Of a stretch of 64,000 bases of DNA, positions 19,200-29,044 are shown piece by piece. Within the stretch, counting starts at the first letter, position 1, and each line of letters begins with the position of its first letter. The notes below the pieces were generated by a model that had not been told where the DNA came from, ran no database searches, and saw nothing but the letters and a program-made list of their open reading frames with translations. The DNA comes from Alphaproteobacteria bacterium (GTDB lineage Bacteria; Pseudomonadota; Alphaproteobacteria; RF32; CAG-239), in contig JAFTVD010000008.1 in assembly GCA_017465945.1 (NCBI GenBank), positions 14,091 through 78,090 of the forward strand, in the 5' to 3' direction. The position numbers and the translations under genes are program-made.

Positions 19200-20504
19200 C
19201 TAGTCTTTTAATTTATTTTCTATAAGTTTGCCAGAGATTCTACCACCTTTTTTTGCAATCAATTTACTTTTTGATGTATTAAAATCAGATATGGCTTTAT
19301 CTCCTCTAACTATATTTCCATCTTTAGATATGATAACATTTCTTTCTAGTTCGGCAATATTTTTCTTTATATAATATACACCCCTATCTGCACTTGCTGT
19401 ATTATTTTCTTGCATAATATTGATGTTGTCATAAAAATGAAACTCTTCTTTATCTTGAAAGTATACTGCTTTTAATGCTGTTATGGTGTTTTTCTTGTTA
19501 ATGATTTTCACATTCTTTTCTAATGAAAAAGTTCTTTTTGAAATATCATATACCCCAACATCTGCCGTTGCGATGTATCCTTTTTTATCTACGATTTTTA
19601 CATTCTCATAAAGAGTGATAATTCCTTTATTTGCTATATACTCTCCTTTATTAGCATAAGCGGTTTTGTCTTTTGAATTTATTTCAGTATTACCAACACT
19701 ATATGCTTTTTCTATTTCAAATTTTTTAGTATCCTTAAAATATACTGTTACAACATCACCTTTTATCGTGTCTTTGTCTTTTGTTATTGTTGCGTTTGTT
19801 GCAATAAATTTTTTTTCATTATTGAAAAATGTGGCTTTTTGAGGGGTGGTAAGTTTTAAATCATTATTTATGATAGTAACATTTTTTAAAAGATTTATAA
19901 TGCTTTCTTTTTTATCAAAATTAAAACTATCTGCAACAAAACTGCCGGTATCAGTTTTACCAAATATTTTTTCTTTTCCTTCGCCTTTTTCTGTTGTAAA
20001 ATTATATAAAGCACTATTGGTATTTATCTTTAGTTGATTGTTATAATTAGCAACAACATCCTTATTTAGCTGTAGTATTTTTTTTGTTTCATCATAAATA
20101 CCGGTTTTAGCAATTAAAGATATCTTTTTTTCCTTATCTGTTGTATTTGCATCTGGATTAATAAGGCTATAAATCTTTTTACCTGGAGTAGTTTCTTCAA
20201 CCACATCGGCTTTTAACACACTAAATTGATTATCTTTTTCGGTTATTTCAAAAACAGTGTTTTTTATTCTAAATTTTTCAAAATAAATTTTCTCATCTTC
20301 TGCTAAAGAAATTGTATTATCAGGTGTTGTATCAAAATCAAATAAAGCGACCCCAACACCTAATAATAAAGCTGTTAAGCTTGGTAAAAATAATTTAAAG
20401 AAACGAACAACTTTTATTCTTCTAGTAACAAAACTTCTTTCTTCTTCTTCAAAAGGATTCTTTTCACCACTAAAAAAAGTGTCAATTTTTTGAGTTTCAA
20501 ACAA
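19200..20504 (-). CDS. Apparent LptC-LptA fusion (membrane-anchored double OstA/beta-jellyroll protein)
   Basis: 434 aa in the position where separate lptC (~190 aa) and lptA (~180 aa) normally lie. One N-terminal TM helix (LFLPSLTALLLGVGVALF). An LptC-like half runs to about aa 205. The second half is LptA-like, with repeated x-A-D-x-x-x-Y strands (ATADVGVYDISKRTFSLEKNV, ASADRGVYYIKKNIAELERNV). No internal stop and no internal signal peptide. Confidence 0.6.
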   Translation of the reverse strand: MFETQKIDTFFSGEKNPFEEEERSFVTRRIKVVRFFKLFLPSLTALLLGVGVALFDFDTTPDNTISLAEDEKIYFEKFRIKNTVFEITEKDNQFSVLKADVVEETTPGKKIYSLINPDANTTDKEKKISLIAKTGIYDETKKILQLNKDVVANYNNQLKINTNSALYNFTTEKGEGKEKIFGKTDTGSFVADSFNFDKKESIINLLKNVTIINNDLKLTTPQKATFFNNEKKFIATNATITKDKDTIKGDVVTVYFKDTKKFEIEKAYSVGNTEINSKDKTAYANKGEYIANKGIITLYENVKIVDKKGYIATADVGVYDISKRTFSLEKNVKIINKKNTITALKAVYFQDKEEFHFYDNINIMQENNTASADRGVYYIKKNIAELERNVIISKDGNIVRGDKAISDFNTSKSKLIAKKGGRISGKLIENKLKD

Positions 20505-20505
20505 A

Positions 20506-21492
20506 CTAAGCTACTCCAGCCTTTAAACAATCGTGAATATGAATAACTCCAACAGGTTTATTATTTTCAACTACAAATAAATTTGTAATACCTCTTCCTG
20601 TATTATTCATAATATTAACTGCATCAACAATTAAAGCATCAGGAGCAATTACTTTAGGATTTTTAGTCATCACGCTTTTAACAGTTTCTGTTATGAGTTG
20701 AGGAGACATCCAACGTCTTAAGTCACCATCGGTAATAATACCAATAAGTTCCTCATTTTCGTTTATAACGCCAACACAACCAAGCATTTTTTCTGTCATG
20801 ACAAGTAATGCTTCTTGCATGTTTGCATCTTCCTTAAGTAAAGGAATCTCAATTCCTTTATGCATAATATCTGATACTCTGCATAAAATAGCACCAAGTT
20901 TTCCGCCGGGATGGCGTTGTCTAAAGTCAGATGCAGAAAAACCTCTTCTTTTCATTAAGTCAATAGCCAACACATCGCCTAAAACTATTGTAGCAGTTGT
21001 TGATGAAGTTGGAGCTAAACCTAACGGACAAGCTTCACCATTATCTGGTAATTTTAATACTAATGTTGAGTTTTTACCAAGAGTGCTTTCTGGGTTACGT
21101 GTAATAGCAATCAAAGGAACATTGTTTCTTTTAGCATACATTAATACATCTGATAATTCTTTCGATTCTCCACTATATGATATAGCAATAACCACATCAT
21201 CATCGGATATCATTCCCAAATCACCATGGCTTGCCTCTGCAGGATGAACAAAGAAGGATACGGTACCTGTTGAAGAGAAAGTAGCAGCCATTTTACGAGC
21301 AATATGACCAGATTTCCCCATTCCAGTAACAATTACTCTGCCTTTTGCATTTTGCAACAAATCTAGCGCCTTGGTTAAAGTTCCATCTAAACTGTTTCTT
21401 AAAATTTCTAATGTTTCAATTTCTCTATTTATAGTTTGTACGGCCTGTCTTAGATCTTCATAACCCAATACTGACGCAACCTGACTTTGCAT
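20506..21492 (-). CDS. kdsD: Arabinose-5-phosphate isomerase KdsD
   Basis: 328 aa: SIS domain (VTGMGKSGHIARKMAATFSSTG) plus tandem CBS domains. Confidence 0.9.
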   Translation of the reverse strand: MQSQVASVLGYEDLRQAVQTINREIETLEILRNSLDGTLTKALDLLQNAKGRVIVTGMGKSGHIARKMAATFSSTGTVSFFVHPAEASHGDLGMISDDDVVIAISYSGESKELSDVLMYAKRNNVPLIAITRNPESTLGKNSTLVLKLPDNGEACPLGLAPTSSTTATIVLGDVLAIDLMKRRGFSASDFRQRHPGGKLGAILCRVSDIMHKGIEIPLLKEDANMQEALLVMTEKMLGCVGVINENEELIGIITDGDLRRWMSPQLITETVKSVMTKNPKVIAPDALIVDAVNIMNNTGRGITNLFVVENNKPVGVIHIHDCLKAGVA

Positions 21493-21598
21493 AATATTAA
21501 ACTCCTAAATTAAAACCTTACATCGGTAACATCTAGCACGCATTTTAAAAAAAGCAAGTTTTTTTTGTCTTTTTTCTCAAAAAAGAAGAATGTATTTA

Positions 21599-22054
21599 TT
21601 ATGCTTTTTGTTCAAAAACACCATTATCATTTTGTTGCCAATAATGTAATTCATTATCGCTTGTTTTTATTTTTTTCCAGTATTCTCTAGCTCTTTCCAA
21701 TGCTAAATCATTATTACCATCAAAAATGTTTAATACCCTTTCGTATGTATTAAGTAGGGAGATATCTATTTGTGCTCCATCTGCCAAAATCAAAATAGAA
21801 GCTCCATTCTCATTTTCAATGTTTGTAGATATAAATATTGGTTGATCTTCAATAAAGCCATCTTTTTTACTGCCATGTGGTAAAAAAGATTCTTCACTAT
21901 AGGTCCATAATAACGAATTTATAAATTCTATACGTTCTTCGTTATCTAAAAGAATCTTTATTTTTTTACCTGTTGAGTACGCTTTTTCGCAAAGCTTTGG
22001 TAGAACTTGTTCAAGGGGGGCTTTCTGTAAATGGTAAAAATCAACTCTAGTCAT
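21599..22054 (-). CDS. holC: DNA polymerase III chi subunit
   Basis: Start trimmed to MTRVDFYHLQKAPLEQVLPKL (the typical chi N-terminus), about 151 aa. 8-nt overlap with the degP stop. Confidence 0.75.
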   Translation of the reverse strand: MTRVDFYHLQKAPLEQVLPKLCEKAYSTGKKIKILLDNEERIEFINSLLWTYSEESFLPHGSKKDGFIEDQPIFISTNIENENGASILILADGAQIDISLLNTYERVLNIFDGNNDLALERAREYWKKIKTSDNELHYWQQNDNGVFEQKA

Positions 22055-23387
22055 TTTCAGGCTCCAATGTAATAGATGCATAAAATACATTTGTTTGATT
22101 TTGTACTAATAATGATATAGGGCGAAAATCATCAACAATAGCATTTCTTATACCATCAAGTAGGTTGTCAACACTATATATATCACCTCTATCAATTTCA
22201 AGAATTATATCCCCCACTACAATTCCTTTATTTTTTAACGGTGATAATCTGTCCATTTTTATAATCATTATACCACGTGGACTTGCTTCTTTTATGGTTA
22301 TTCCCAACTCTGATACATAAAATACATCATCTCCAGTTTGATTTGATTTTGCGATACTTTCTTGCAATGCTTTATTTGTGATTCCTTTTAATTCCTCTTT
22401 GGGCATCTCTTGAACTCGAACAACATATTTAAATTCTTCACCATAACTAATAGCTTTTAAGCGTATTGCTTGTCCAATATCCATAGTTTCTGTAAGTTGT
22501 ATAAAATCTGATAAATCGCCAGCAGGTTTATCATTGTAATGGGTGATTATGTCTCCTACTCGTAAGCCTTCTTTATATGCGTTAGATTCTTCATTTATTT
22601 CCGTTATTACAAACCCTTCTTTATTGGTGTATTTATCGATCCCATGTGATACAGATAACCCAAGCCATCCTCTTTTAACTTTTCCATTTTTTATTAATTG
22701 TGATGCTACCCAATTTGCCATATTTGATGGAAGTGAAAAGCCAACCCCGTCAGCACCAATAGTGGTAAATATGGCCGAATTAACACCTATTACCTCGCCA
22801 TCTATATTAAACATAGGACCACCAGAGTTTCCTTGGTTTATTGATGCGTCTGTTTGAAGGTATTGTTGCTCACCAAGTCCTATATTTCTTGATTTAGCTG
22901 AAATTATTCCTTGAGAAACGCTAACCCCTAAGCCATAAGGGTTTCCAAAAGTTAAAACAATATCCCCGATTCTAGATTTATCAGCATTGCCAAATTTTAC
23001 ACTGGCAAAAGATTTGGAGCTATCTTCGGGTGTGATTTTTAATACAGCTAAATCACTACTTTTATCTGTGCCGATTACTTTTGATGTATATAGTGAATTA
23101 TCATTCGTAATTACATTTACTTCTTTAGCACCTTTTATCACATGATAGTTTGTAAGTATATATCCATCACTGCTGATAAAAAAACCAGACCCAAGAGATT
23201 CCCTACTATCAAGTTCTTTGTTTAGCATTACATTATCAATACCTTCATTTTCTTCAACCACTTCTTTTTTTGTAGAAATGTTAACAACAGATGGCATTAG
23301 TTCTTCAACAATATCAGCATACGTTGAAAGAGCATTAGCCTCAGCTATGCCAAAAATGAAAATGATTAGAATGTAAAAAAGACGCAT
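22047..23387 (-). CDS. Periplasmic serine endoprotease DegP/HtrA family (two PDZ domains)
   Basis: Signal peptide; catalytic triad contexts TNYHV, SDLAVLK, GNSGGPMF; two PDZ-like C-terminal segments. Confidence 0.9.
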   Translation of the reverse strand: MRLFYILIIFIFGIAEANALSTYADIVEELMPSVVNISTKKEVVEENEGIDNVMLNKELDSRESLGSGFFISSDGYILTNYHVIKGAKEVNVITNDNSLYTSKVIGTDKSSDLAVLKITPEDSSKSFASVKFGNADKSRIGDIVLTFGNPYGLGVSVSQGIISAKSRNIGLGEQQYLQTDASINQGNSGGPMFNIDGEVIGVNSAIFTTIGADGVGFSLPSNMANWVASQLIKNGKVKRGWLGLSVSHGIDKYTNKEGFVITEINEESNAYKEGLRVGDIITHYNDKPAGDLSDFIQLTETMDIGQAIRLKAISYGEEFKYVVRVQEMPKEELKGITNKALQESIAKSNQTGDDVFYVSELGITIKEASPRGIMIIKMDRLSPLKNKGIVVGDIILEIDRGDIYSVDNLLDGIRNAIVDDFRPISLLVQNQTNVFYASITLEPEND

Positions 23388-23396
23388 AATAAAGCC

Positions 23397-24260
23397 TTAT
23401 TTTAGTGATTTGCCAAAGTAATTAAAGAATTCGCCTTCAGGTGCTAAAACAACAGAAGTTTGTTCATCAAACGAATTTCTGTATGCTTCTAGTGTTCTGT
23501 AAAAAGCATAAAACTCAGGATCAACACTTGTTGCATTGTTCCAAATTTCTGTAGCTTTTTTGTCGCCTTCACCTTTAATTTTTTGAGCTTCTTTTTCTGC
23601 GTTTGCAACAGTTATTGTTGCTTGTTTATCAGCGGTGGCTCTTATTTCTTGCGCTCTTTTTTCTCCATCAGCACGATAGCCTTTTGCTTCTCTAATTCTT
23701 TCTGTTTTCATTCTGTCGTTTATTGCTTGAGATACTTGTATTGGTAAATCAGCTCTTCTGATTCTAACGTCAGCAACTTCAACACCTATTTGTGCCGCAT
23801 CCGTTTTAACCGCTTCACTTATTCTTTTCATTATTTCAGTTCTTTTTTCTGATAATAATTCTAATAAGGTAACAGTTGCTAAAACATTTCTTGCAGAGGA
23901 ATTAACAATTTCTTTTAGTCTGTTTTGTGCTTGATATTCTGTTCTAACAGTTTTATAGAATGTCAAAGGTTCTGTTATTTTGTACCTAGAAAACGTATCT
24001 ACATCCAAACGTTTTTTATCTTTTAAAACTACTTCTTGAGCAGGAGGCTCAAGGTTTAGTAATCTCTTGTCATAAAAAACAACATTTTGAATAAATGGTA
24101 CCTTAAATTTTAATCCTGGTGTCTGTATCAATCTAACAGGATTACCAAATTGCAAAACAATAGCTTGCTCGGGTTGCATTACCACGTAAAAAGATTGTGT
24201 TGCGATTAAAAATAAAATAGCACAACCAATTAATATTGTATTTAAATTCTTTTTCATCAT
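23397..24260 (-). CDS. hflC: FtsH modulator HflC
   Basis: 287 aa: N-terminal TM helix plus SPFH/band-7 domain. Downstream partner of hflK. Confidence 0.85.
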   Translation of the reverse strand: MMKKNLNTILIGCAILFLIATQSFYVVMQPEQAIVLQFGNPVRLIQTPGLKFKVPFIQNVVFYDKRLLNLEPPAQEVVLKDKKRLDVDTFSRYKITEPLTFYKTVRTEYQAQNRLKEIVNSSARNVLATVTLLELLSEKRTEIMKRISEAVKTDAAQIGVEVADVRIRRADLPIQVSQAINDRMKTERIREAKGYRADGEKRAQEIRATADKQATITVANAEKEAQKIKGEGDKKATEIWNNATSVDPEFYAFYRTLEAYRNSFDEQTSVVLAPEGEFFNYFGKSLK

Positions 24261-24275
24261 TTACACTCCATCTCG

Positions 24276-25304
24276 TTACTTAAGTGGTAAAATTGGCATC
24301 ATATTATTGCTTTTTTGCCCTGGTTCCATAATAACTTTTTTTGTTTTCTTTAGTACATTTTCCATTGTTTCTAAATATAAACGTTTTGAAGTAACTAATT
24401 TACCAGATTTATAAGCCTCATATATTGAAGAAAAGCGTTTTGCTTCACCTTCCGCTTTACTTATAGCGGCTTCTTTATATGCTTCAGCTTCTTGCTTTCT
24501 TTTTATTGCTTCACCTTGTGCTTTAGGTAATACTTCATTCGCATAAGCTTCTGCTTCATTTTTAAAACGTTCAGCATCAGTTTTAGCGCGTTGAACTTCG
24601 TTAAAAGCATCAACAACTTGTCTAGGAGGGTCAGCCTTTTGTAATTTTACACGAACAATGTTTACCCCTGTTTGGAAGCCATCAAGTAATCCCTGTAATT
24701 CTTTTTTTGTATCGTTTTCGATTTTATCTCTATCACCTGTAATGATATCTTCCATTTTAGATTGACCAATTATTTCTCTTAAAACAGATTGTGCAGCAAC
24801 TTTTACAGTCGATTCTGGCGTTCTTGTTTTAAATAAGAAATCTTTTGCATCTTTAATGTTCCATACAACTGTTAAGTTTATGTCTACAATATTTTCATCA
24901 CCTGTTAACATATGACTTTCAGTAAGTTCATTAATAGAATTTCTTGTTACATATTCCGATTCGTTTGCACCAAGGTTTATACTACGTTCTTTACTTACAT
25001 CAACAATATACACTTCTTCTATTGGATAAGGTAAATGGTAATGAAGACCTGCTAAAGTTGTTTTAGTGTATTTTCCCAATCTTAATACAACACCTTCTTC
25101 ACTAGGTTGTACTTGGTAGAAACCTGATGCTAGCCACAATAACAATAAAACACCCAAGATAATTTTGTAATATCCATTAAAATCATCTTTAGAATTTTGC
25201 ATCTTTGCAATTTTTGTTGTGAAATCGACAACTTTTGGTTTTGAAGGTGTATCGTCGGATACATCCCAAGGGTTAATATTAAAACTAGTAATTTTTTTTA
25301 TCAT
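24276..25304 (-). CDS. hflK: FtsH modulator HflK
   Basis: 342 aa: TM helix, SPFH/band-7 domain, C-terminal coiled coil (EAEAYANEV..EAEAYKEAAISKAEGEAKRF). Confidence 0.85.
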   Translation of the reverse strand: MIKKITSFNINPWDVSDDTPSKPKVVDFTTKIAKMQNSKDDFNGYYKIILGVLLLLWLASGFYQVQPSEEGVVLRLGKYTKTTLAGLHYHLPYPIEEVYIVDVSKERSINLGANESEYVTRNSINELTESHMLTGDENIVDINLTVVWNIKDAKDFLFKTRTPESTVKVAAQSVLREIIGQSKMEDIITGDRDKIENDTKKELQGLLDGFQTGVNIVRVKLQKADPPRQVVDAFNEVQRAKTDAERFKNEAEAYANEVLPKAQGEAIKRKQEAEAYKEAAISKAEGEAKRFSSIYEAYKSGKLVTSKRLYLETMENVLKKTKKVIMEPGQKSNNMMPILPLK

Positions 25305-25425
25305 CTATAAACCTCAAAGTACATAAATAAAAAATAAACATTGCAATTTATTCTAAAAAAAATAATACAAATCTTGTATAAAAACAATATAGAATAAATA
25401 ATATCCACATCAGGGGAATTGTAGT

Positions 25426-26418
25426 ATGAATGTAGATAATATAAAAAAAGTTGTTCAAAAGTATTTTAAATCAGATGAAATTTCTTCAATAAAAGAAATT
25501 GCAAATAGAATAATAATATCAATAAAGTCTGAAACAAACTCAGAAAAAGAGTTAATCTTAAAAGATGAATTATCTAAAATTTTTCAAGATAAAAAAATAA
25601 CAATAGTTTTTGAAAAAGAAAAAAAAGAAGAAGTTACCGATGATAAATGGAATATAAAAGGTGTTAAACATATCATTGCTGTTTCATCTGGTAAAGGTGG
25701 GGTTGGTAAATCAACGACATCTGTCAATATCGCTCTATCTCTTGCTAATTTAGGTCTAAAAGTTGCACTTTTTGATGCAGATATCTATGGTCCGTCCATT
25801 CCAACTATGTTGGGATATAAAAATGTTCCTCCAACATCTATTGATGGAAAAACTTTCGAGCCATTTATGGAATGTGGTATCGCTTCAATGTCAATAGGTA
25901 GTATGGTAAAAGAAGATACAGCTTTGATTTGGCGAGGAGCAAAAGCTTGTGGCGCAATAGAACAGCTTTTAACACAAACTAATTGGGGAAATATTGATGT
26001 TATGGTAATAGATATGCCTCCTGGAACAGGTGATATTCAAATAACACTGTCACAAAAAATTGCATTTAGAGGCGCTGTAATTGTTTCAACTCCGCAAGAT
26101 ATAGCTTTAATAGATGCTATAAAAGGAATAAACTTATATAACAAAATAGGTGTTCCAATTTTGGGTGTTGTCGAAAATATGAGCTATCATATATGCCAAA
26201 AGTGTGGGTATAGAGAAGATATTTTTGGGCATAATGGCGCAAAAGAAACAGCTATCAAATATAATGTCGACTTTTTAGGTGAGATTCCTTTGTGTTATGA
26301 TATTCGTTTAAATTCTGATGAGGGAACCCCTATAGTTATATCTAATCCTAATAGTCCTCATACAAAAGCTTATGAAAATGTTGCAAAAAGAATAAAAGAA
26401 AAACTAGATAATCTGTAG
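25426..26418 (+). CDS. apbC: Fe-S cluster carrier ATPase ApbC/Mrp
   Basis: P-loop SGKGGVGKST, ParA/MinD-like fold, conserved CxxC (CQKC). Confidence 0.9.
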   Translation: MNVDNIKKVVQKYFKSDEISSIKEIANRIIISIKSETNSEKELILKDELSKIFQDKKITIVFEKEKKEEVTDDKWNIKGVKHIIAVSSGKGGVGKSTTSVNIALSLANLGLKVALFDADIYGPSIPTMLGYKNVPPTSIDGKTFEPFMECGIASMSIGSMVKEDTALIWRGAKACGAIEQLLTQTNWGNIDVMVIDMPPGTGDIQITLSQKIAFRGAVIVSTPQDIALIDAIKGINLYNKIGVPILGVVENMSYHICQKCGYREDIFGHNGAKETAIKYNVDFLGEIPLCYDIRLNSDEGTPIVISNPNSPHTKAYENVAKRIKEKLDNL

Positions 26419-27156
26419 TTATTTATTTATCTTAAAAAATTCTTTTCTATGTTTTCGTCCCATGCTCCATAAATTTCCGAGTCCGTTAATGGGTTGTACA
26501 ATGTACTGTGACTTAAAATTAAAATCTCTAGATAAGAATAATGATGTTGTTTTTGTGTAGTTATTCATCGGGCAAAATCCATAAAAGTCAACCTGAATTA
26601 AGTCGCCTTTCTTTAGTTCTTTTACTGCTTCTACATATTCTTTGCTGGTATTGATTCTGTCGCTGTCATCAAGAATTATCATTCCCCCTTTGTTTAAACA
26701 TTTAAGAGCTGTTCTTGCACAATCTGACCTTCTCTTTCCATCAACTATAATTACATCATATTTTTTATTGTCTTCAAAAATGGCATTAAAATATCCGTCC
26801 CCTTCATCTCGCCAACGCATATCAAGTTTTTCATGCTTAAATTCATTTTGCCACTTTTGAAACCAATTAATATTATCTTCAATACTTGTTACTTTTTTGG
26901 CGCGTTCTGCCCAAAACATAGAGGAGTAGCCGCATCCAAATTCAAATATTTCTTTTTCGCTATAATCAAATTGTGAAATATATTCAATAGCAGGATATGT
27001 GTACCAAGGTATAGGGTTGCCATCTTTATCAACACAAAGTTTTTCATCAATAGAGCGTTCTATTGCAAATTCTTTTTGCCACATTTCTATAAATTTTAAA
27101 AATTTTTCACTATACATTTTGGCTCCATAAACAAAAGGTGCGAAGTCGATTCGCAC
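26419..27156 (-). CDS. Class I SAM-dependent methyltransferase (Methyltransf_24-like), substrate unknown
   Basis: 245 aa: motif I EFGCGYSSMFWA, later VIIVDGKRR...GGMIILDDSDR. Its stop abuts the apbC stop with zero spacer. Confidence 0.6.
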   Translation of the reverse strand: MRIDFAPFVYGAKMYSEKFLKFIEMWQKEFAIERSIDEKLCVDKDGNPIPWYTYPAIEYISQFDYSEKEIFEFGCGYSSMFWAERAKKVTSIEDNINWFQKWQNEFKHEKLDMRWRDEGDGYFNAIFEDNKKYDVIIVDGKRRSDCARTALKCLNKGGMIILDDSDRINTSKEYVEAVKELKKGDLIQVDFYGFCPMNNYTKTTSLFLSRDFNFKSQYIVQPINGLGNLWSMGRKHRKEFFKINK

Positions 27157-27178
27157 CTTGTACTAGATGGTTTTATTG

Positions 27179-27655
27179 TTAAATTTTTTTACCAGCTTTA
27201 ACATAAGCAACAGCTGCGTGTTCTTCACAATATGTTTGACCTGTTCTTATGCGTTTTCCACAAAAACAAAAATCCTCATCTTTAGGATCACCCATTGGCC
27301 AACGGCATGTATGATTGTCTAGTTTAACCAAAGGGATATTTGTTTCTTCTACTACAGGAGTTGTGTTTTTTGTGTTTTCAGATATAGGAGAAACTGGTAC
27401 TTCTTTTACAACTTTATTGCTTGTTTTTGTTGCTTTTTCAACTTTTTCAGCTTTTTGAGGTTTGCTTGCTTTCTTTTCAGCAGAATTTCCGCTAGATTTT
27501 TTAATAGGGGAAGGTCTAGCAGTTAGGCATAAACGATGTACCTTACCAATAATAGAGTTTTTGGTAACATTTAACACCTTTGCAATTTGGCCTGTTGTCA
27601 TGCCTTTGTCCCACATTTTTTTTAATTCTTCAACAGCTTCGTCAGTCCATATCAT
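27179..27655 (-). CDS. gcrA: Cell-cycle regulator GcrA
   Basis: MIWTDEAVEELKKMWDKGMTTGQIAKVLNVTKNSIIGKVHRL N-terminal DNA-binding domain, then a basic linker, then C-terminal CRWPMGDP..FCFCG..YCEEHAAVAY. This family is specific to Alphaproteobacteria. Confidence 0.85.
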   Translation of the reverse strand: MIWTDEAVEELKKMWDKGMTTGQIAKVLNVTKNSIIGKVHRLCLTARPSPIKKSSGNSAEKKASKPQKAEKVEKATKTSNKVVKEVPVSPISENTKNTTPVVEETNIPLVKLDNHTCRWPMGDPKDEDFCFCGKRIRTGQTYCEEHAAVAYVKAGKKI

Positions 27656-27790
27656 TTTTTATACTCCAAAAAGAGGGGTGATTATTACAACAAACACAAT
27701 AATCTATTTGGTTTTAAAATGCAAGTATAACGTTTTTTTAATTTTTACTTTTTAGAATGTTGCCAAGATAATAGTTTAGAGAGTGAGTAA

Positions 27791-29044
27791 ATGTTAAAAA
27801 AAGTTTTTTTGATTTTATTTATATTGTTTTGGGCGTCAACTTCATTTGCTGGTGTTTCAGACTATGATAAATATTTCAAAGTTGATATGAATATGGAGAT
27901 TCCCGATATTAAGGAGTTTATAAATAAATATATAAACAATAATTCTTTGTACGATAAGGGATATAAATCTCGTCTAGATATGGGTAATAAATTCAAAAAA
28001 GAATTTAGTAAAACTATTAAATTTTATGGTTTAAGTGAAGGACGACTAAAGAATAACTATGAAGATGATTTGTTAGAAGTTATTAGCTGGCTACCAAAAG
28101 AAACATATCAATATATAGGTCCTATGTTGCACGAAGTTCCTGGTATGTCTGAAAAAATATTAAATTTGCCAGGAATTAAAGAAACTAAAAATAAATTTCC
28201 AGAACGAGTGGCTGATAAAATGAAAGCAATAGAGGGTATAGAGAATATGTCGCCATCGTTATATTTTTTGCTTATGCCTGAAGTTTGGGGAGAAACAGAG
28301 CCTCAAGATAATGATACACCGGTAGAAGTGCCTGTAAAGAAGCCAAGAGTTAAAGTTGATTTACCTGATTTTTTGAAAGAAAAAATAGGCGTACCTGTTG
28401 AAACTCCTCCGCCTCCTAAAGCATCTATTAAGAAGAAAGCTCTAACAGGTATGAATTTTCGTACTATTTCACCAAGTTTAACCACACCTCTAACTACAAA
28501 AGATGCAAAGGCATTTTCTGATACCATAGATGAAATAATGCAATGGGGTACAAAAGATGATATGCGGATTTTTGCGGCTCTAATTACTGGAGAGTATTTA
28601 CTTGATTTGTGGGAAATGGAGCAAGGAACCGCTTTAACACAAAATATGTTGAAAGATATTGTAAACCCATGTCAGCGTTTTGTCTTAAAAACACGTTTTG
28701 CAGGGCTTTATGTAGAATTTAAGAGCCTTCTTGCAAAGCATGGATATACGCCAGAAGAATGGGCTTACGTTGGAGATAAAACAATTAAAGCATTTCGAGT
28801 TGCATCATCGTCGCCATCCATTGCGTATGCGGTACGTTTTCATCGCAAAGGATACTATAATCATTACATAGATAGACTCCCTAAAAAGTGGCGAGATGAG
28901 ATGTATGCCTCAGAAGCAGCGATAATTAAAATGTATGCAGCATTTAAAGAAGATGTAGAGGCTGTGCGCCCTCTACAAGATGAATTAAATAAAAAATTTG
29001 TGAAAATAAAAGGGGTTATGTTAACCGCTCCTGTAATATATTGA
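27791..29044 (+). CDS. Hypothetical secreted protein, no recognisable family
   Basis: 417 aa: signal peptide MLKKVFLILFILFWASTSFAG, Pro/Lys-rich linker (VPVKKPRVKVDLP..ETPPPPKASIKKK), helical C-terminal half. Confidence 0.6.
   Translation: MLKKVFLILFILFWASTSFAGVSDYDKYFKVDMNMEIPDIKEFINKYINNNSLYDKGYKSRLDMGNKFKKEFSKTIKFYGLSEGRLKNNYEDDLLEVISWLPKETYQYIGPMLHEVPGMSEKILNLPGIKETKNKFPERVADKMKAIEGIENMSPSLYFLLMPEVWGETEPQDNDTPVEVPVKKPRVKVDLPDFLKEKIGVPVETPPPPKASIKKKALTGMNFRTISPSLTTPLTTKDAKAFSDTIDEIMQWGTKDDMRIFAALITGEYLLDLWEMEQGTALTQNMLKDIVNPCQRFVLKTRFAGLYVEFKSLLAKHGYTPEEWAYVGDKTIKAFRVASSSPSIAYAVRFHRKGYYNHYIDRLPKKWRDEMYASEAAIIKMYAAFKEDVEAVRPLQDELNKKFVKIKGVMLTAPVIY

Noticed and set aside
20798-21247. 149-aa plus-strand ORF inside kdsD, and a 104-aa ORF at 22543..22857 inside degP.
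   Set aside because: They are antisense shadows of conserved genes.
26416-26421. Convergent apbC and methyltransferase genes end stop-to-stop (TAG then TTA) with zero intergenic bases and no terminator.
   Set aside because: This is real but most simply explained by genome compaction. There is no structure to interpret.
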